DNA of 62,318 nt, filler included, from Candidatus Woesearchaeota archaeon (GTDB taxonomy: Archaea > Nanobdellota > Nanobdellia > Woesearchaeales > JACPBO01): assembly GCA_016180285.1 (NCBI GenBank). It is 6 parts of 6 records of this genome, joined end to end, with 100 filler letters (N's around TTAATTAATTAA, not from the genome) between each part and the next. Parts side by side here need not be neighbours in the genome. Positions count along the whole stretch, not along the records: positions 56,316 to 59,954 come from JACPBO010000051.1; positions 60,055 to 62,318 come from JACPBO010000050.1; 4 more parts are not named here. One strand, given 5' to 3'. Under the pieces are notes generated by a model that was not told the DNA's origin, ran no database searches, and saw only the letters and a program-made list of their open reading frames with translations. The position numbers and the translations under genes are program-made. Shown in pieces: positions 57,994 through 62,318 of this stretch (position 1 is the stretch's first letter; each line of letters opens with the position of its first letter).

Positions 57994-59954
57994 ACAACTT
58001 ATGATTTATCTAAGTATCCAGCACCATTTGTTGTAAGTGGAGCATATGATCCAAATAACGTATTTGTAGTTGGCTCAGGAGCTTCTGCTGAAGATACACT
58101 TGGTATGGTAGACATAGCAACTAAGTTGCAGTTTGAAGCCAAGACATGTACAAAAACAGGAACCACAACAGTAAGTGTTGCAGGTGGAACTTCAGAAACA
58201 ATTCCATTAGGTAGCGCAATTGCAGATCCAAGGTCTACAACACTAGATCAGGAATTAAAAGCAACTAAACTGGCTGGTTTTATTGACAGTGTTATAACCT
58301 TCCAAAACAAAGAATATGATATAGGTGAAGCATTAATCCTAAACCAAGGAGCAAACGTAACTGTTGCAACATCCTTAACAAGCGCAGAGGATGACTACAA
58401 AACAGGTGTATTTATGGAAGTTGAAAGGGATTCTATAAAATATTTCTATAAATTTGATGAATCAATAAACGTTTCCAAAGCAACAACAACAGATCCATTA
58501 GAAGTAAAGTTCTTAGGAAAAACACTAAAAATAACAGCTGTAACTATTTCGGGTTCAACAGCAGGTACTGAATTTACAGCTAATGTTGGAACAGAATATT
58601 TCCTGACAGTTGATGATACAGTTAATGTTGATGTATCAGGTGTAACAAAGAAAGTTACATTAAAGAATGTTGGAACCTCATCTGCTGTTTTAGATGTTGA
58701 TGGCAAACAAGAAACAATCAGCTCAGGCTCATCTGAAACAATAAATAGTGTCCAGGTTAAGGTAGATTCTGTATTCTACACAGACAATAAAGCAGAAAGA
58801 TCAGCTACTTTAATTATAGGTAAGGATGCTGTTAAAACATATAAGGATGCAGATGCATATATTGGAGAGAATGAAGACGATCCAGACTGGGTATGGAATA
58901 TTGGAAACTTGGGGACATCTTCAACATCAAACCCAAACACAAACCTAACAACCGGGGATGGTACAGGCCCGTTTATTGGTATTGAAAACGACTTTGTCTG
59001 GAATGATGCAAATGACAATCCGCCAGGTGTTGGGCAATGTATTAAACTACCAAATAACTATGTACAAATCTGTTATGATTCATTGACTGTTAAAGATGAT
59101 GACTATATGACTTTCCAAATGAAGTATGAGTCTTCAACAGACTTAAGTGATGTATTTGGTAACAGATCTGCAGTAAAATCCATTGCTATTGAGACAAACA
59201 ACAACGAAGGAATACTTCTTATGACAACTGCAAAAACAGGAGTATTATTCAACGAAACATCTGACAAGAAAACAGATAGGGTGTGGTTCTCAATAGGGGA
59301 TGGCGGGGATAACTGGGATGGCAGGGCAAGAGGTACTACAAATAGAACATATGGTCTGTTCTATAGGGATACATCAAATAACAAGGTAAGATTATTTGGT
59401 TGGTATAACTTAACTGCACTTGATGCACCAGCACATAACCCAACATACAAATTTGGAGAAATTAACTATAAAGACACCAAAGGAACAGATATAGAGCTTC
59501 ACTTTAGAGGTGGAGGTAATGAGTCGGGTTCACTTACAGGTAACGGTTCATTTATCCAGATTAGGTTAGTACCATATCAGAGTACTGACTTACCGGACTA
59601 CAAAGATAACTTAACAGCAAACTTCTCATTAGCAGTAGCAACAAATCAAATTGTTGGATTAGGAAATACTTTATCTACAGAAGAAGCTAATGAATTAGTA
59701 TGGGCTGGCCCAACTGTTACAAACATAGGAACTAAGGATGAAGACCATAGAAACCAATATGGTGTTGTAATTAGAAATCCAAAGAGTAATGGTGCAAGTG
59801 ACAGGGTAAAATTAGAAATTCCAGGAGATCAAGTGAATGCAAACGTTGTAGTTAAATCTACAGGGGCTGTTGCATCAACATCTTCAGGAGAGACTTGTAC
59901 TGCAGCAGACATTACACCAGTTACTAAGAAGAATACGGAAGTTACAGACCCAAC
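57994..59954 (+). CDS. S-layer protein (start and signal peptide missing; 3' end truncated by gap)
   Basis: Frame extends upstream of the listed ATG as TTYDLSKYPAPFV..G....VFVVGSGASAEDTLGMVDIA, an archaeal S-layer N-motif; many N-x-S/T sequons. Confidence 0.8.
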
Positions 59955-60054
59955 NNNNNNNNNNNNNNNNNNNNNNNNNNNNNNNNNNNNNNNNNNNNTT
60001 AATTAATTAANNNNNNNNNNNNNNNNNNNNNNNNNNNNNNNNNNNNNNNNNNNN
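59955..60054. other. Artificial contig linker
   Basis: N-TTAATTAATTAA-N. Confidence 0.98.
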
Positions 60055-60056
60055 TT

Positions 60057-62318
60057 CTGAAAAATACTAGGTATGTTTTTGTAGCCCAATCCTGCGATAA
60101 AGCAAATAATTGTGCTAATTCCTCAAACCAAAGCTTTCTTGCGGGAAGAGACATAAAGCCGCCTTTCATTAACTTATCAATTCCAAGATTTATTAACAGA
60201 AGGACATTGGACATAAGGGGCTCAACCGAGCCATTTTCATCTGTAACCTTGTTTGTTAATAACCTTAATGCTCCAAAAAGAAGTTTAAGCCAAAATGAAG
60301 TAGGCAGCTCTGGAAGATTTGTATTCAGCCAGATGCAGTTGGAGCAGAATAATGTAATAAAGATAGTAATGGTAGATAAGGCAGGCAACAAAAATGAAAA
60401 AACTTTTGAAGTTGGAGTTGATACAGAAATTCCAGTAGTGCAATTAAATGAAATACCATCACTTACATCCAAAACAAATTTAACGATTAGTGGCAATGTA
60501 AATAAGCCAGTTATAATAAAGGTGTTCCTTGAATCAAAAATAAATCAGTCTCAAGTAACAAATCCGCCTGCGAAAATTACAGGGCTAAATGCCACAAAAG
60601 TCGGGCAAAACTCAGTTGAGCTGCATTGGAATGAATCAAAGGACAAGGACTTTAGCCATTATGCCATTTACCGAGATGGTGTGCTTAATCTGTTTATAGA
60701 TGCGTTGGTGGACAGCGGCAAAACTTACGTTTATGAAGTATCGGCAATAGATATATTTGCAAATGAAGGCCCAAAATCAGAGCCAATAACCGTGGCTACA
60801 TTAAGGAATGGTCAAATATTAAACCTTAATCCACCGCAAGTTGATATTTTAGAAGACTTTAGAAAGCCCTTGATGATTGTCAATGTAAGCAGCCCTTTCA
60901 ATTTTGGTGTTAAGCTAAATAAAGGAGATGGAGATTACAATGTAAAGCTCATATTTGAAGACAAGGCAGACAATAATGTTATAATAGAAAAAAGTGTAAC
61001 TCTTGATACAAAAAAACCAGAGGTAAAAATAACATCACCTCCAAGCGGTGCCTTTATTTTTGAAAATGTTGCTAATAATGTTGACATTGTTGGCAAAACA
61101 AAGCCAAATGCAAGAGTTCATTTATTTGTTGACAGAACACCATTCAGCTTTTTTAATCAAACGCTTGAGTTGAGCGGTTTGACAAATGAAGTACAGAATC
61201 TTCCAGAGGCACAGCTTGATGCAAAATGCCGCACAACTGTCTCTGCTTCATTCTGCAGAACTGGTGCTGATTTTTCTGTTGACGCAGATGGTGAAGGCAA
61301 CTTTAAATTTAAGAATGTTGACTTAACTGCTACATTCGGCGGAGCTGGCAGAGTAAGAGAAGTGCCTGTAACAGAGTTTAGAGATACACAGCTTGAAGAA
61401 GGCAGAGATTCCAAAAGAACAACTCTTGTTGTGATTGCAACAGACCAAACTGGGCAGCGTGGAGTAACTACACAACCAGTAAGCATAGGCACTTGCTGGA
61501 GCGGCAACCAAAGCTGGAATGTGATTCCTTTAACGCAATACCAAAGCCCAACATCCTTAAGCACAGAGAGATTTGCAGAAGGTACAGAAACAATATATTT
61601 CTTCTTTAATTATTCTTACATTGGAAGAGGCACGGATGCAAAGATAACAGGACTAGCTCTTTCAAAAGCATGCGGCACTCGCGAGATTCTCGACCCAAGA
61701 TTTAATATAAGCTGTCAAGTACTGTCTTCAGGAAATAGTCCAGCAAGATTAAACAAAGAAGGCACTTTGTCATATTCTGCAATTACTCTCAGCAGATTTC
61801 CAGGCATGGACAGATTTTTGGAAAATGATTGGAAAGATTTCTTTAAAGCGATAAACAAGGAGTTGACATTCCCATTCCAAATCAAGATAACCTACAAGCA
61901 CAAAATAATAGACGAGAATGGTGCAGAAAAAGAGATTACAGAAACTCAAACAACCTGTCAGGAGGTAAGCTATGTTATAGACAACTCAATAATTGACCCA
62001 AGAAAAGTCTTGCCTGATTGGCTGCTTTTTGATTTTGTTGATTTCTTGCAGGATTCAATTAAAACATTAAACCAAGCTCAAGAGCAGATAAACAAAGTGC
62101 TTGAGTATGTAGCAGTTGGCTGCTTGGTATCATTTGGATTAAATCTAGTCATGCAATCTGCGAGAAGAATCACTTCATTCTTGGAAGAGAAAAGGTATTC
62201 CATTCTTAATTCAAAAACTATAAGCCAGTTGTCTGAGTTCATTGGAGTAGGGAAAATTACACTAAACCCAGAAAAGAGAGAGGATGATGTTTACTGCCAA
62301 GATCTCGTCAAACAAATA
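60057..62318 (+). CDS. Large Ig-like/FN3-domain surface protein (partial at both ends)
   Basis: Manual translation of portions: DKAGN Ig-like repeats, PPAKITGL...VELHW...Y.IYRDG...YVYEVSAID FN3 domain, late hydrophobic helix. Absent from the ORF track, apparently because it has no stop; not every codon was checked. Confidence 0.75.
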   Translation, partial: MKNTRYVFVAQSCDKANNCANSSNQSFLAGRDIKPPFINLSIPRFINRRTLDIRGSTEPFSSVTLFVNNLNAPKRSLSQNEVGSSGRFVFSQMQLEQNNVIKIVMVDKAGNKNEKTFEVGVDTEIPVVQLNEIPSLTSKTNLTISGNVNKPVIIKVFLESKINQSQVTNPPAKITGLNATKVGQNSVELHWNESKDKDFSHYAIYRDGVLNLFIDALVDSGKTYVYEVSAIDIFANEGPKSEPITVATLRNGQILNLNPPQVDILEDFRKPLMIVNVSSPFNFGVKLNKGDGDYNVKLIFEDKADNNVIIEKSVTLDTKKPEVKITSPPSGAFIFENVANNVDIVGKTKPNARVHLFVDRTPFSFFNQTLELSGLTNEVQNLPEAQLDAKCRTTVSASFCRTGADFSVDADGEGNFKFKNVDLTATFGGAGRVREVPVTEFRDTQLEEGRDSKRTTLVVIATDQTGQRGVTTQPVSIGTCWSGNQSWNVIPLTQYQSPTSLSTERFAEGTETIYFFFNYSYIGRGTDAKITGLALSKACGTREILDPRFNISCQVLSSGNSPARLNKEGTLSYSAITLSRFPGMDRFLENDWKDFFKAINKELTFPFQIKITYKHKIIDENGAEKEITETQTTCQEVSYVIDNSIIDPRKVLPDWLLFDFVDFLQDSIKTLNQAQEQINKVLEYVAVGCLVSFGLNLVMQSARRITSFLEEKRYSILNSKTISQLSEFIGVGKITLNPEKREDDVYCQDLVKQI

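Noticed and set aside
19883..60054. Five identical TTAATTAATTAA motifs embedded in N runs
   Set aside because: Artificial six-frame-stop linkers. They are not biological, and adjacency across them cannot be assumed.
694..61564. Numerous short ORFs overlapping longer genes on the opposite strand or frame
   Set aside because: No motifs; explained as shadows of well-supported CDSs.
1..62318. tRNA, rRNA or transposase genes
   Set aside because: None recognised by eye in any intergenic region or ORF; tRNAscan-SE/Infernal would be needed to exclude them.

Overview
This window is a concatenation of six contigs joined by artificial 100-bp N/TTAATTAATTAA/N linkers. It comes from an AT-rich archaeon, most likely DPANN (Woesearchaeota-like), based on the A-type ATP synthase, aIF-1A, PIP-box RNase HII, TrmB, S-layer protein, KKAQ class-III-signal pilins and BRE/TATA promoters. 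Contig 1 (1-19882) holds a surface-glycosylation cluster and the distal A1Ao ATPase operon (C, F, A, B, D). Contig 2 (19983-29172) holds a subtilase, TrmB, a beta-barrel-like protein, SppA, RDD, an LRR protein, aIF-1A and hypotheticals. Contig 3 (29273-53864) is the most unusual and has two parts. First, an apparently split Rhs polymorphic toxin system: a 2115-aa SpvB/FG-GAP/YD 'cage' protein that stops where a separate, signal-peptide-bearing 455-aa Rhs core + Ntox47-like toxin begins, with immunity genes and a fibre-like protein. Second, an integrase-less cassette array: six copies of a ~55-bp back-to-back promoter repeat, three preceded by diverged remnants of the same surface-protein domain, separating cargo blocks (radical SAM/tautomerase/PvcA-like operon, DGR-target-like gene, three toxin-antitoxin pairs, methyltransferases). 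Contigs 4-6 hold AroK, RNase HII, SMC, pilins, the S-layer gene and a large Ig/FN3 protein. Several small deletions or frameshifts in conserved genes look like assembly errors. All family assignments are from motif recognition by eye; no database search was run.
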